A DNA stretch of 64,000 nucleotides from Alphaproteobacteria bacterium (GCA_963663355.2 CAXXKS010000001.1:2232545-2296544); one strand, 5' to 3'; counted from the stretch's first letter, positions 55,404 through 64,000 are shown. A program made the numbers and translations. Notes: generated by a model from the sequence alone, not told the origin.

Positions 55404-56072
55404 ATGGGTTCGACGCGGACATTGAAGGCGGGCGACGGCCACGAGCTCGGCGCCTACGAGGCGGTCCCCGAAGGCACGCAGCGCGGCAGCCTGGTCGTGA
55501 TCCAGGAGATCTTCGGGGTCAACGTCCACATTCGGGACGTCTGCGACAGGTTCGCGGGCGAAGGCTACCGCTCCGTCGCACCGGCGCTGTTCGACCGGGT
55601 GGAGCCCGGCGTGGAGCTCGACTACACGCCCGGGGACATCGAGCGCGGCCGCAACCTCATGGGGCAGCTCAGTTGGCGCAACACGATGGCGGACGTAACG
55701 GCTGCCGCGGACGCTGTGGCCGGCGGCAAGCGGCCGGGCGTCGTCGGCTACTGCTACGGGGGCACCGTGGCCTGGGTCGCCGCCTGCCGCCTCGACCTGA
55801 CGTGCGCGGTCGGATACTACGGCGGCGGCATCATCGACTTCGTCGACGAATCCCCCGGGTGCCCCACCATGCTTCACTTCGGCGAGCGGGACGCCGGCAT
55901 CCCCATGAGCGACGTGAAGGAGATCTCCGGCAAGCACCCGGAGATCACGGTCCACACCTACGCCGAGGCCGAGCACGGCTTCAACTGCGACCGCCGCGCG
56001 TCCTATCACGAAACGGACGCCAGGCTCGCGCTGGAGCGCACCAACGCCTTCTTCTTCCAGCAATTCCTGTAG
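55404..56072 (+). CDS. dienelactone hydrolase-family protein
   Basis: Tail of ORF 55104..56072 from ATG 55404, after a GGAAGGAG Shine-Dalgarno. Motifs VIQEIFGVN, GYCYGG and HGF. Confidence 0.8.
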   Translation: MGSTRTLKAGDGHELGAYEAVPEGTQRGSLVVIQEIFGVNVHIRDVCDRFAGEGYRSVAPALFDRVEPGVELDYTPGDIERGRNLMGQLSWRNTMADVTAAADAVAGGKRPGVVGYCYGGTVAWVAACRLDLTCAVGYYGGGIIDFVDESPGCPTMLHFGERDAGIPMSDVKEISGKHPEITVHTYAEAEHGFNCDRRASYHETDARLALERTNAFFFQQFL

Positions 56073-56135
56073 GCCCGAAGCCGATGTCCGGGGATCGGAA
56101 AAAACGCTCGTGCGGCAAGGACGGACCGCGCCGCC

Positions 56136-56226
56136 GGGTCCCCTCTCCCTGCACAGGGTGAGGGTCAAGAACGAATCTGCCGTCGACCCCCACCCCGACC
56201 CTCCCCCGCCCAGGGGGAGGGGACCC
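56136..56226. repeat. REP-type double hairpin
   Basis: GGGTCCCCTCTCCCTGCACAGGGTGAGGGTC ... GACCCCCACCCCGACCCTCCCCCGCCCAGGGGGAGGGGACCC. Related to 11085-11165 in inverse orientation. Confidence 0.75.
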
Positions 56227-56337
56227 AGGTGGCGGCGACCGCGCAGGGGGCATCCGCCGCTCCGTGACCCGTCCTCATACGCGGGACGTTCAGACAGATA
56301 GCGTGGCCACCGCACGACGCGAGCCCTCTCGAGGCCC

Positions 56338-57778
56338 ATGGCGACAGCGAAACCATCGAACCTGGCCGCGATTCCGTCCGTGGACCGGGTGCTCCGGGAG
56401 CCGGCGGTCGCGGCGCTCGCGGACTCCCACGGGCAGCCCGCCGCCACGGACGCGGTGCGGGAGGTCCTGGCCGACCTGCGCGCCGCCCTGACGGCGGACG
56501 GCGGCGCGCGGCTGGCGGCGCGCCCGCCCGCCGACCTCGCCGGCGCCGTCGCTGCGAAACTGGAGGCCGCCGCCGCGCCCAGCCTGAGACCCGTCTTCAA
56601 CCTCACCGGCACGGTGCTCCATACGAACTTGGGACGCGCGCCCCTGCCGCCCGAGGCCGCTGAGGCCGCGGTCCGGGCGGCGTTGCGGCCCACGAACCTC
56701 GAATTCGACCTCGACGGCGGGCGGCGCGGCGACCGGGACGGCCACCTCGAGGCGCGCCTGCGCGCGCTCACGGGCGCCGAGGCCGCGACCGCCGTCAACA
56801 ACAACGCCGCCGCCGTCCTGCTGACCCTCAATTCCCTGGCGCTCCGCAAGGAGGTGGCGGTCTCCCGCGGCGAGCTGATCGAGATCGGCGGCTCGTTCCG
56901 CATGCCCGACATCATGGCCCGCGCGGGATGCCGGCTGCGCGAGGTCGGCACGACGAACCGGACGCACCTCCACGACTACGCCGCCGCGGTCGGCGCGAAG
57001 ACCGCCCTGGTCATGAAGGTGCATACCAGCAACTACGTCGTCCGGGGGTTCACCGCCGAGGTCCCCGAACGGGACCTCGCCGAGACTCGCCCGCGCGCGC
57101 GGCCTGCCCTTCGTCGTCGATCTGGGCAGCGGCTCCCTCGTCGACCTGACGCGCTGGGGGCTGCCCCGCGAGCCCACGCCCCGCGAGACCCTGGCGGCGG
57201 GCGCCGACCTCGTCACGTTCAGCGGCGACAAGCTCCTGGGCGGACCCCAGGCCGGAATCGTTGCCGGGCGCGCGGACCTCGTCGCCCGGATCAAGCGCAA
57301 CCCCATGAGACGGGCGATGCGGCTCGGCAAGCTGTCGATCGCCGCGCTGGAGGCCGTCCTGCGCCTCTACGACGATCCCGGCCGGCTGGCGGAGAAGCTT
57401 CCGGCCCTGCGTCTCCTGACCCGCCCGGCCGGGGAGATCGAGGCCGCCGCCGAACGCCTGCTGCCGGCGCTCGCGGACTGGGTCGGCGACCGCGGTACCG
57501 TGACCCTCCGCTCCGTCCGAAGCCAGATCGGAAGCGGCGCGCAGCCTTCGGCGTCCCTGCCGAGCGCCGCGCTGGCCGTGCGCCCGAGCGGCGGACGGCG
57601 CGGGGCCGGGTCCCGCCTGCGGGAGCTGGCCGGGGAGCTGCGCGGCCTGCCGGTCCCGGTGATCGGCCGGATCGAGGACGGCGCGCTCGTCCTCGACCTG
57701 CGCTGCCTCGACGACGAGGCGGCGTTCGCCGCCCAGCTCGGCCCGGCGGGTCCGGGGACGGGAGGGCAGCCGGCATGA
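56338..57778 (+). pseudogene. selA: L-seryl-tRNA(Sec) selenium transferase, interrupted by a 1-nt insertion near 57085
   Basis: The N-terminal 249 aa are in the frame of 56338. ...[21 protein letters not shown]...[13 protein letters not shown] (PLP lysine) and the C-terminus are in the +1 frame (ORF 57305..57778). The extra base lies at GAG-A-CTCGCC. Confidence 0.8.
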
Positions 57779-59706
57779 TCGTCGCCACCGCGGGGCACAT
57801 CGACCACGGCAAGACGCTCCTGGTCAAGGCCCTGACCGGCGTCGACGCCGACCGCCTGCCCGAGGAGAAGCGGCGGGGCCTGACCATCGACCTGGGCTTC
57901 GCCTACCTCCCCCTCGACGGCGGTCCGACCGTCGGCTTCGTCGACGTCCCCGGACACGAACGCTTCATCCGCAACATGCTGGCGGGCGTGTCCGGGATCG
58001 ACCTCGCGCTCCTGATCGTGGCGGCCGACGACGGGCCCATGCCCCAGACCGAGGAACACCTGGCCATCCTCGACCTGCTCGACGTCCGACGGGGCGCCGT
58101 CGCGGTCACGAAGACCGACCGCGTGGGCGGGGAGCGCATCGCGGAGGTCGAGGAGGACATCCAGATCCTGCTGGCCGGGACGTGCCTCGAGGACGCACCC
58201 GTGTTCCCCCTGTCGGCGCGGGCGGGAACGGGGGTGGCGGCGTTGAAGGCGTTCCTCGGGCGCGCCGCCCGCGCCATCCCCCCGCGGACCGATGCGGGCG
58301 GGTTCCGCCTGGCCGTGGACCGCGCCTTCCACCTGAAGGGGGCCGGACTCGTGGCGACGGGCACCGTGTTCGCGGGCGAGACGCGCGCGGACGACCGGCT
58401 CGTGGTGGCGCCGCGCGGCGTCGAGGTCCGCGTGCGCGGCATCCATGCCCAGAGCCGCGAGGCGGACAGGGGCACGGCGGGGCAGCGCTGCGCCCTCAAC
58501 CTGACCGGGCGCGGACTCGGGCGGGAGTCCGTCGCGCGCGGCGACTGGCTCGTCTCTCCCGCGCTCGGTTCCCCGACGCGCCGGTTCGACGCGCGGCTGA
58601 AGGTCCTGCGGAGCGAGACGCGCCCGCTCCGGCACTGGACCCCCGCCCACGTCCACGTGGGCGCGGCGGCGCTGACCGGCCGCGTCGCCCTGCTCGAGGA
58701 CCGGTCCCTCCGGCCGGGCGAGGCCGGGCTGGCGCAGATCGTGCTCGACTCCCCCACGAGCGTCGTCTTCGGCGACCGCTTCGTGATCCGGGACCAGTCG
58801 GCGCGGCGGACGGTCGGCGGGGGCCGCGTGATCGACCCCTTCGCGCCGGGACGCGGGCGCCGCGCTCCCGGCCGCCTGGCCCTCCTCCGGGCCGGCGACG
58901 AGGAGGATCCGGCGGCGGCCCTCCGGGGCATGTGCGCCGCGTCGCCGCGCGGCGTCGACCTCGACCGGTTCGCGGCGGCGCGGAACCTGTCCGGAGCGGA
59001 CGCCTCCGCCGCGGTCCGCGGCGCGGGCGCCGTCGTCGCCGAGACGGGCGGGACGGGAACCGCGGTCGCGCGGGAGAGCTGGGAGCGGACCCGGTCCGGC
59101 ATCGTGGACGCCGTTGCCCGCCACCACGCGGGCGCGCCGGACAGCCCGGGGATCTCTCCCGGCGAGCTGCGGGCGGCGGCCGGTCGGGAGCTCGGCGGGG
59201 CGCCGTTCGAGGCGGCCGTCGCCGACCTCGTGAGGTCCGGCGCGGTCGTCCGCGAGGCGGGCCGCCTGCGGCGGGCCGGCCACGAGGCCGTCCTCTCGCC
59301 GGAGGACGCGGCCCTCTGGGACAGGGTCGCCGCACTGCTCGAAGCGGACCGGGGGCGTCCGCCGTCGGTCCCCGCCCTTGCGGCCGGCCTGGGCCTGTCC
59401 CCCCGGACCCTGGAGCGGTTCCTCGTCGGGCTGGGACGCCGGGGCGTCGCGGTGCAGGTGTCCCGAAACCGCTTCATGACCCCGGACATGGCGCGGCGGC
59501 TGGCGGAGACCGCGGAGCGGGTGGCCGCCGGCTCGCCGGGCCGGCGCTTCACCGCGCGCGCGTTCCGCGACGCGACGGCCCTGGGCCGGAACTTGACGAT
59601 CGAAGTGCTGGAGTTCTTCGACAGGTCCGGTTTCACCCGCCGCGCCGGAGACGAGCGGACGGTGCTGAAACCGGCGGCCGACGCGTTCGGACCTCCGCGC
59701 GCGTGA
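57775..59706 (+). CDS. selB: selenocysteine-specific translation elongation factor
   Basis: Distal part of ORF 56338..59706. The ATG 57775 overlaps the selA stop (ATGA). Motifs [16 protein letters not shown] and TKTD, with C-terminal winged-helix domains. Confidence 0.85.
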   Translation: MIVATAGHIDHGKTLLVKALTGVDADRLPEEKRRGLTIDLGFAYLPLDGGPTVGFVDVPGHERFIRNMLAGVSGIDLALLIVAADDGPMPQTEEHLAILDLLDVRRGAVAVTKTDRVGGERIAEVEEDIQILLAGTCLEDAPVFPLSARAGTGVAALKAFLGRAARAIPPRTDAGGFRLAVDRAFHLKGAGLVATGTVFAGETRADDRLVVAPRGVEVRVRGIHAQSREADRGTAGQRCALNLTGRGLGRESVARGDWLVSPALGSPTRRFDARLKVLRSETRPLRHWTPAHVHVGAAALTGRVALLEDRSLRPGEAGLAQIVLDSPTSVVFGDRFVIRDQSARRTVGGGRVIDPFAPGRGRRAPGRLALLRAGDEEDPAAALRGMCAASPRGVDLDRFAAARNLSGADASAAVRGAGAVVAETGGTGTAVARESWERTRSGIVDAVARHHAGAPDSPGISPGELRAAAGRELGGAPFEAAVADLVRSGAVVREAGRLRRAGHEAVLSPEDAALWDRVAALLEADRGRPPSVPALAAGLGLSPRTLERFLVGLGRRGVAVQVSRNRFMTPDMARRLAETAERVAAGSPGRRFTARAFRDATALGRNLTIEVLEFFDRSGFTRRAGDERTVLKPAADAFGPPRA

Positions 59707-59751
59707 CGGGCCGGGGCCGCGGAAGGGAATCGTCTCCGGTGGGGCGGCCGG
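59560..59751 (+). repeat. direct repeat, left copy (selB last ~49 codons + 14-nt spacer + first 31 nt of tRNA-Sec)
   Basis: 192 bp matching 60481-60672 at a constant offset of 921 with 3 mismatches. Weaker homology extends ~20 bp further left. Confidence 0.95.
59721..59751 (+). pseudogene. 5' stub of tRNA-Sec (acceptor 5' strand + D-arm + start of anticodon stem)
   Basis: 31 nt identical to 60642-60672. It diverges at position 32, before the anticodon loop. Confidence 0.85.
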
Positions 59752-59800
59752 ACGGGCAAGGGGCGGCCCCGGTTCACCGGATTGTCCCGCTCCCGCGCCG

Positions 59801-60091
59801 TCAGGCGGCCGGCGAGAGACGCTCGACCTCGATACTGTCGGCCTTGTCCATTGCCTGGGCCAGTTCCCAAGTCGATTGGAGGCGATACCACGTTTCGGCC
59901 CCGCCGCCGAACGCCTTGTCGAGACGGATCGCCATCTCGGGCGAGATGCCGGAGCGGCAGTTCACGATGTCCGACAGTTGCTTGCGGCTGACGCCGAGCT
60001 TCCGGGCGGCTTCCGATACGGTGAGCCCCAAAGGCTCGAGGCAGTCGTGACGCACCGACAGGCCTGGATGGGGCGGGCTCTTCATCGGCAT
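59801..60091 (-). CDS. higA: HigA-family antitoxin (XRE helix-turn-helix)
   Basis: ORF 59801..60115. ATG is the complement of 60089-60091, 7 nt after a GGGAGGA Shine-Dalgarno. HTH segment [22 protein letters not shown]. Confidence 0.8.
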   Translation of the reverse strand: MPMKSPPHPGLSVRHDCLEPLGLTVSEAARKLGVSRKQLSDIVNCRSGISPEMAIRLDKAFGGGAETWYRLQSTWELAQAMDKADSIEVERLSPAA

Positions 60092-60111
60092 GTCGTGATC
60101 CTCCCATGCTC

Positions 60112-60390
60112 TCAATGATAGTCGACCAGGTCCACGTCCCTCACGTCGCGGCCCTCGAAGCGAAAGACAATGCGCCAGTTACCGGACACGGCAACCGCCC
60201 AGTAGCCGGCGAGTCCGCCTCGCAACGGGTGCAATCGGAAACCCGGCAGGTTCATGTCACCGGGTCGTGCCGCTTCGTCGAGACGGGCAAGAACACGCTC
60301 GACCTTTGGGACCATATCGGGCGAAACGCGTCTACCGTCACCCCTCTCGAACAGACGCCTCAGGCCCGTGTGGCGAAAGCCGAGAATCAT
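60112..60390 (-). CDS. higB: HigB-type toxin (RelE/ParE superfamily, killer-protein family)
   Basis: 92 aa. [13 protein letters not shown]...[41 protein letters not shown]. The toxin-first order is typical of higBA. Confidence 0.8.
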   Translation of the reverse strand: MILGFRHTGLRRLFERGDGRRVSPDMVPKVERVLARLDEAARPGDMNLPGFRLHPLRGGLAGYWAVAVSGNWRIVFRFEGRDVRDVDLVDYH

Positions 60391-60459
60391 GTTCGTTCAT
60401 GTAACCTGTCACGGGATACCTTACAACATGAAACGCTACCGCCACCCCCGGCCTCGCGT

Positions 60460-60627
60460 TCGGCCCGCGCTTCGCCGCACGCGTTCCGCGACGCGACGGC
60501 GCTGGGCCGGAACTTGACGATCGAAGTGCTGGAGTTCTTTGATAGGTCCGGTTTCACCCGCCGCGCCGGAGACGAGCGGACGGTGCTGAAACCGGCGGCC
60601 GACGCGTTCGGACCTCCGCGCGCGTGA
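60460..60627 (+). pseudogene. orphan 3' fragment of selB (right copy of the duplicated segment)
   Basis: Encodes ...[48 protein letters not shown], identical in protein to the selB C-terminus. It has no upstream selB body. Confidence 0.85.
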
Positions 60628-60641
60628 CGGGCCGGGGCCGC

Positions 60642-60736
60642 GGAAGGGAATCGTCTCCGGTGGGGCGGCCGGGCTTCAAACCCGTGCTGGGGCGCTCAGC
60701 GTTCCTGGTGGGTTCGACTCCCACTCTCTTCCGCCA
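60642..60736 (+). tRNA. selC: tRNA-Sec (anticodon UCA)
   Basis: Folded by hand, 95 nt. 8-bp acceptor stem (GGAAGGGA/TCTCTTCC), 6-bp D-stem with a 4-nt loop, and anticodon loop CU-UCA-AA. Also a 7-bp long variable arm (GGGGCGC-TCA-GCGTTCC), T-arm GTGGG-TTCGACT-CCCAC, discriminator G and an encoded CCA. Confidence 0.9.
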
Positions 60737-61859
60737 TCCCCCGGCCCGGCCCGGCCCGTTCCGCCGCGGCGGATGCGCCGATCGCGGCGTTGACCCGGGG
60801 CATGACCTCTTCCGCGAAGAGCTGCATGGACCGCCTGCCGAGATCCGCGTCCAGCCAGTCGTGGCCGCAATAGACCAGGTGCCCGAAGTCCCCGGTCTTC
60901 TCCCGGAAGGCCAGGATCTGGTCGACGACGCTGTCGACGGTGCCGGCGATAACGAGGGAGTCGACCACCCAGTCCGGGGTGACGTCCTCGTCGGGCATGG
61001 CCGGGTCGGCCTTGAAGGTGCCGATGCGGCCCGCGTCGGCGAGCTTGCCCATGAGCGTCCTGAAGTAGTGCGCGTAGGGGCCGTCCGGCCCCTTGCCGTA
61101 GCGCCGCGCCGTCGCCTCGTCGTCGGCGACGAAGATGCTCTTGCCGACGCGCCACTCGGAGACCCTCGGCACGGCGCCGGCGTTCCGCCGGCCCCGGGCG
61201 TACATCGGCCAGTGGGTGGCGACGACCTCGGGCTGGACGAAGCTCGACGACAGCGGCAGCCAGCCCCGTTCCGCCGTCTTCATCAGCCCCTTGGAGTTGG
61301 GGGCGATGGTCGTGACGACGATGGGCGGGTGCGGCCGCTGGTACGGCTTGACGAAGATCCCCTGCCCCACCTCGGGCAGCAGCGTGCGCTCGGTGCTGAT
61401 GTTCCAGAACTCGCCCTTCAGGTCGTAGGGCGGCTCCCCCGCCCAGATGGCGAGGATGTGGCCGATGGACTCGACGAACATGGCGGCGCGGTCCCGGTCG
61501 ATGTTCTCGAACACCTCCATGTCCGAGCGCAGGCCCCCCGGTCCGATGCCGAACATGAACCGGCCCTCGAGCAGGTGATCGAGCATCGCCACCTGCGCGG
61601 CCACCTGGGCCGGATGGGCGTTGGGCAGGTTGACCGTCCCGGAGCCCAGCCTGATGTCCCGCGTGGCGTCGACCAGCGTGGCGAGGAACAGCGTGCACGA
61701 CGTGATCGGCTCCGTCCGGTCCGAGACGTGCTCGCCGACGTAGGCCTCCTTGAACCCCAGCTTGTCCGCGAGGACGATCGCCTCGCGGTCCTCCTTGAGG
61801 ACCTGGGTGTAGTCCCGCTCCATGTCGTGGAGGGGCATCATGAACATGCCGTAATCCAA
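60696..61859 (-). CDS. LLM-class (luciferase-like) flavin-dependent monooxygenase
   Basis: 387-aa ORF with TIM-barrel LLM motifs (FKEAYVGEH, GSGTVNLP, FMFGIGPG). The last 13 codons overlap selC on the opposite strand. Confidence 0.8.
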   Translation of the reverse strand: MDYGMFMMPLHDMERDYTQVLKEDREAIVLADKLGFKEAYVGEHVSDRTEPITSCTLFLATLVDATRDIRLGSGTVNLPNAHPAQVAAQVAMLDHLLEGRFMFGIGPGGLRSDMEVFENIDRDRAAMFVESIGHILAIWAGEPPYDLKGEFWNISTERTLLPEVGQGIFVKPYQRPHPPIVVTTIAPNSKGLMKTAERGWLPLSSSFVQPEVVATHWPMYARGRRNAGAVPRVSEWRVGKSIFVADDEATARRYGKGPDGPYAHYFRTLMGKLADAGRIGTFKADPAMPDEDVTPDWVVDSLVIAGTVDSVVDQILAFREKTGDFGHLVYCGHDWLDADLGRRSMQLFAEEVMPRVNAAIGASAAAERAGPGRGMAEESGSRTHQER

Positions 61860-62008
61860 GCGGGCGTCCTCCGCCGGCCACCGTGCCGCGGCGGCATCCT
61901 ATCCGCTCCCCCCGGCCGCGGCCAGCGACGGACGTTTGGCTTACACGGCCAAGTCATGACGCGGCGGATGTCCCGTACGCGGTCCCCGCCACTTGGGCCC
62001 CCCCTCCC

Positions 62009-63516
62009 GCTCTGATGTCCTTCGTCAAGCCCGAGGTCGAGTTGGAGCCTCGACTGCCACGTGGCGTCGGCCTCGAAAGATGTACGCATATCGGTGGGGG
62101 CGCGGCCCGAGACGGTGGTGAACAAGCTCTGATGCGCGGGTCGAAACCGCATGTCCATGAATTCGTCCGGGGCTGGTCCTCTCTTGCAACGGGCGTCGGC
62201 ACTGCCGGCCACAAAGCGGGAACGGGAGTTCCCCTGTCGTCGCCGCGCCCCCGCCGATAAGCGCGATGTGGGCGATCCGTTCTCTTCGGATCAGGCTTCC
62301 GCCGGCTCCATCAGGGCGATCGCCCACATGAAGCCGACCAGTTCGCGGGCCACCGCGGTGGTCGCGACCGTGCTGCGCTTGCCCCGCGCGGTCAGCGCGC
62401 GGTAGCGCCGCGTCAGGCGCGCCTGCGCCTTCCAGGCCACCTCCCGGACCGCTTCCGGCAGGTGCCGCGTCGCGAAGTACTTCCGCTTGCCCACCCTGGC
62501 GGGATGCCGGTAGGTCCACGCGCTCTCGGCCAGCACGCGGCGCACCCGAGCGTTGCCGGTCTTGGTGATGCCGCCGCGCCGAACGCTGGCGCCGGTGGAC
62601 CGCTCGGAGGGCACCAGGCCGAGATAGGCCATCAACTGCCGCGGATGTTCGAAGCGGCGGATGTCGCCGACCTCCACCATGAAGGTGACCGCGACGATCA
62701 GCGAGACCCCGCGCAGCGCCTGAAGGCGTCCCACCGCCGGGGCGAGCGACCAGTCGAGCAGGCCGTCCTCGATCGCCGCATCGAGGCGCGCCACCCGCTC
62801 GCGGCTCTGCGTCTCCGCGACGATCATCTCGTGCAGAACCACCTTCTGGGCCGGCCAGCCGAAGCTCAGCTCGTGGAGCCACTTGAAGTACTTCGTCCCC
62901 CACGCCTTCTTCCCCGCATAGAGCTTGCCGTGACGCAGCAGGAAAGAGCGGATCTCCTGGCGCTTGCGGGTGCGGTCCTTGACCGCCGCCTCGCGGGCGC
63001 GGACCAGATCGCGCATCGCCTCATGGGCCTCGTCCGGCGTCCAGACCTCGGTCAACTCGCCGGCCCGGTACAGCCGCGCCAGCTTCACCGCGTCCCGGCG
63101 GTTCGTCTTCACCCGCTCGCCGGGCCGGCGCGGGATCAAGGACGGCGCGATCACGGCGCAGTCGTGGCCGAGACCCTCGATCAGACGCTGCAGCCCGTAG
63201 CCCGTCGGCCCCGCCTCGTAGCAGAAGCGGAGCGCCACGCCCCGACCCTCCAGCTTGCGCACGAAGCGGCGCACCGAACCGCCGTCGGAGCCGATCTCGC
63301 CAAAATACCTCACCTCCCCATCACGGCCGCCATCGGCCACCGCCACGGCATGGCGATCCTTCGACACGTCCAATCCGATGAAAACTTCGCTACAGTCCAC
63401 CATGGTTCGCCCTCCTGGCTTGAGGCACTGCTCATCGAGCAACCCTCGTTGAAAACCGCCAGTGTAGGGCGAACCGCCCTCTCACATGCCGGCCGCACAA
63501 GGACATACGGTCTTGC
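62009..63516 (-). mobile_element. IS110-family (IS1111-like) insertion sequence inserted in a REP hairpin
   Basis: About 1.5 kb. Subterminal inverted repeats ATGTCCTTCGT (62015-62025) and ACAAGGACAT (63497-63506). The left flank GGGCCCCCCCTCCC is a 12/14 match to the REP left arm, and the right flank GGGGGAGGGACAGGGTGGGGGTGG is an exact REP right arm. GC dinucleotide at both junctions. Confidence 0.7.
62291..63403 (-). CDS. IS110-family DEDD transposase/recombinase
   Basis: ORF 62291..63442 from MVDCSE, with an AGGAGG Shine-Dalgarno. N-terminal FIGLDVSKDRHAVAV (DEDD RuvC-like). C-terminal Transposase_20 region (LQALRGVSLIVAVTFMVEVGDIRRF, SERSTGASVRRGGITKTGN). Confidence 0.9.
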   Translation of the reverse strand: MVDCSEVFIGLDVSKDRHAVAVADGGRDGEVRYFGEIGSDGGSVRRFVRKLEGRGVALRFCYEAGPTGYGLQRLIEGLGHDCAVIAPSLIPRRPGERVKTNRRDAVKLARLYRAGELTEVWTPDEAHEAMRDLVRAREAAVKDRTRKRQEIRSFLLRHGKLYAGKKAWGTKYFKWLHELSFGWPAQKVVLHEMIVAETQSRERVARLDAAIEDGLLDWSLAPAVGRLQALRGVSLIVAVTFMVEVGDIRRFEHPRQLMAYLGLVPSERSTGASVRRGGITKTGNARVRRVLAESAWTYRHPARVGKRKYFATRHLPEAVREVAWKAQARLTRRYRALTARGKRSTVATTAVARELVGFMWAIALMEPAEA

Positions 63517-63607
63517 GGGGGAGGGACAGGGTGGGGGTGGGCGGCATGAGGGAGTCTTCGGCCCGACCCTCACCCTGTCCCTCTCCCTGAGCAGGGAGAG
63601 GGGACCC
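63517..63607. repeat. REP-type hairpins abutting the IS
   Basis: GGGGGAGGGACAGGGTGGGGGTGG ... ACCCTCACCCTGTCCCTCTCCCTG-AGC-AGGGAGAGGGGACCC. Confidence 0.8.
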
Positions 63608-63724
63608 GGCGGCGCGGGCCGTCGTTGCAGCGCCGTGGCGGGTTGGCCTCGCCGTGGTCTTGCCCCTAAACTCCCGCCTGTGCCGCGGCCCAGCCGGCCG
63701 CGGCGGTTCAGGGAGGAGAGCGGC

Positions 63725-63973
63725 GTGATCATCAAGTCGATGGCCGGCGAGTTCGAGATCTCGATCGAGGGATTCGAGATCGAGGGACGCCACCTCGTCA
63801 TGGTCGGACGCATGGGGGTGTGGGACGCGAGGACCTACATCGGCGTTTCCGATCTCCTCTCCGTGTTCGGAAGGCTGCTGCGGCCGGGCGTTCTCTTCGG
63901 CCTCGTCACGCTGCCCTTCCGGCGCGCCGCCCCCCCGACAGGAACCCAGACGGAGGACGACGATGACCGATGA
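63725..63973 (+). CDS. hypothetical small protein
   Basis: Tail of ORF 62462..63973. GTG 63725 lies 5 nt after a GGGAGGAGA Shine-Dalgarno. GC3-rich, with a hydrophobic C-terminal stretch. No family recognised. Confidence 0.4.
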   Translation: MIIKSMAGEFEISIEGFEIEGRHLVMVGRMGVWDARTYIGVSDLLSVFGRLLRPGVLFGLVTLPFRRAAPPTGTQTEDDDDR

Positions 63974-64000
63974 CCCCAAGTTCAGCGTTCTGCCGGAATT
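63963..64000 (+). CDS. hypothetical protein, N-terminal 12 codons only (runs off the window)
   Basis: ATG 63963 overlaps the end of the previous ORF. MTDDPKFSVLPE... with GC3-rich codons. Confidence 0.3.
   Translation, partial: MTDDPKFSVLPE

Noticed and set aside
57075-57095. Programmed ribosomal frameshifting in selA (and in znuC at 48400)
   Set aside because: There is no slippery heptamer or obvious stimulatory structure at either site. A simple 1-nt insertion explains both.
60391-60440. higBA operator (TGTAA-N16-TTACA) upstream of higB
   Set aside because: The arms are only 5 bp, too weak to call without comparative or binding data.
59752-60480. Integrase-mediated genomic island at selC
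   Set aside because: There is no integrase, excisionase or phage gene. The duplication covers the 5' part of the tRNA plus the selB tail rather than the 3' attachment core, and the insert holds only the toxin-antitoxin pair.

Overview
GC-rich chromosomal segment with extreme GC3. Gene content, the Zur-box type and the REP style fit an alphaproteobacterium best (inference only). I can support about 60 protein genes, one tRNA (tRNA-Sec), one IS110/IS1111-family insertion sequence, a higBA toxin-antitoxin cassette and at least three families of intergenic repeats. Blocks in order: (1) a partial hypothetical gene, an SMP-30 lactonase and panB; (2) a Cam-type gamma-carbonic anhydrase plus a TonB-dependent receptor; (3) an organosulfonate-type block with a FAD dehydrogenase, a CuyA/D-cysteine-desulfhydrase-family lyase and ComDE sulfopyruvate decarboxylase; (4) two tandem secreted Sel1 / PG-binding / ankyrin / FGE(SUMF1)-domain paralogues, one split by a 1-nt deletion; (5) cysteine synthase-alaX-sseA; (6) two orphan CoxL/XDH-type molybdopterin subunits flanking a Cys-type sulfatase and a Gfo/Idh/MocA oxidoreductase; (7) a DUF1640 coiled-coil gene with a perfect 54-nt tandem repeat; (8) a cyclic-amide block with an AtzE/AtzG-like amidase pair, a hydantoin racemase, an HpaB-family flavoprotein and HyuA/HyuB; (9) three hot-dog hydratase genes with a 5S-type carboxyltransferase and a separate BCCP; (10) two paralogous Rieske oxygenases; (11) a PEP-mutase/ICL-family enzyme plus tandem TauE/SafE exporters; (12) zur, a small ORF and znuCBA, with znuC frameshifted; (13) a crotonase, a CoA-transferase, a split transketolase and a dienelactone hydrolase; (14) selA (frameshifted), selB, the higBA insertion and selC; (15) an LLM monooxygenase; (16) an IS sitting inside a REP hairpin. 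No canonical defence system, CRISPR array or prophage is visible. The observations I find most interesting are these. The Sel1-PGB-Ank-FGE tandem pair. A co-oriented upstream repeat built from GTGCGAA heptamers in front of three unrelated genes. A 217-bp TIR element and an IS that are both inserted into REP hairpin loops. The higBA cassette bracketed by a duplicated selB-3'/selC-5' segment. A CoxL-like gene with no stop codon for 1.3 kb. All functional calls rest on my own recognition of protein motifs. No database search was run.
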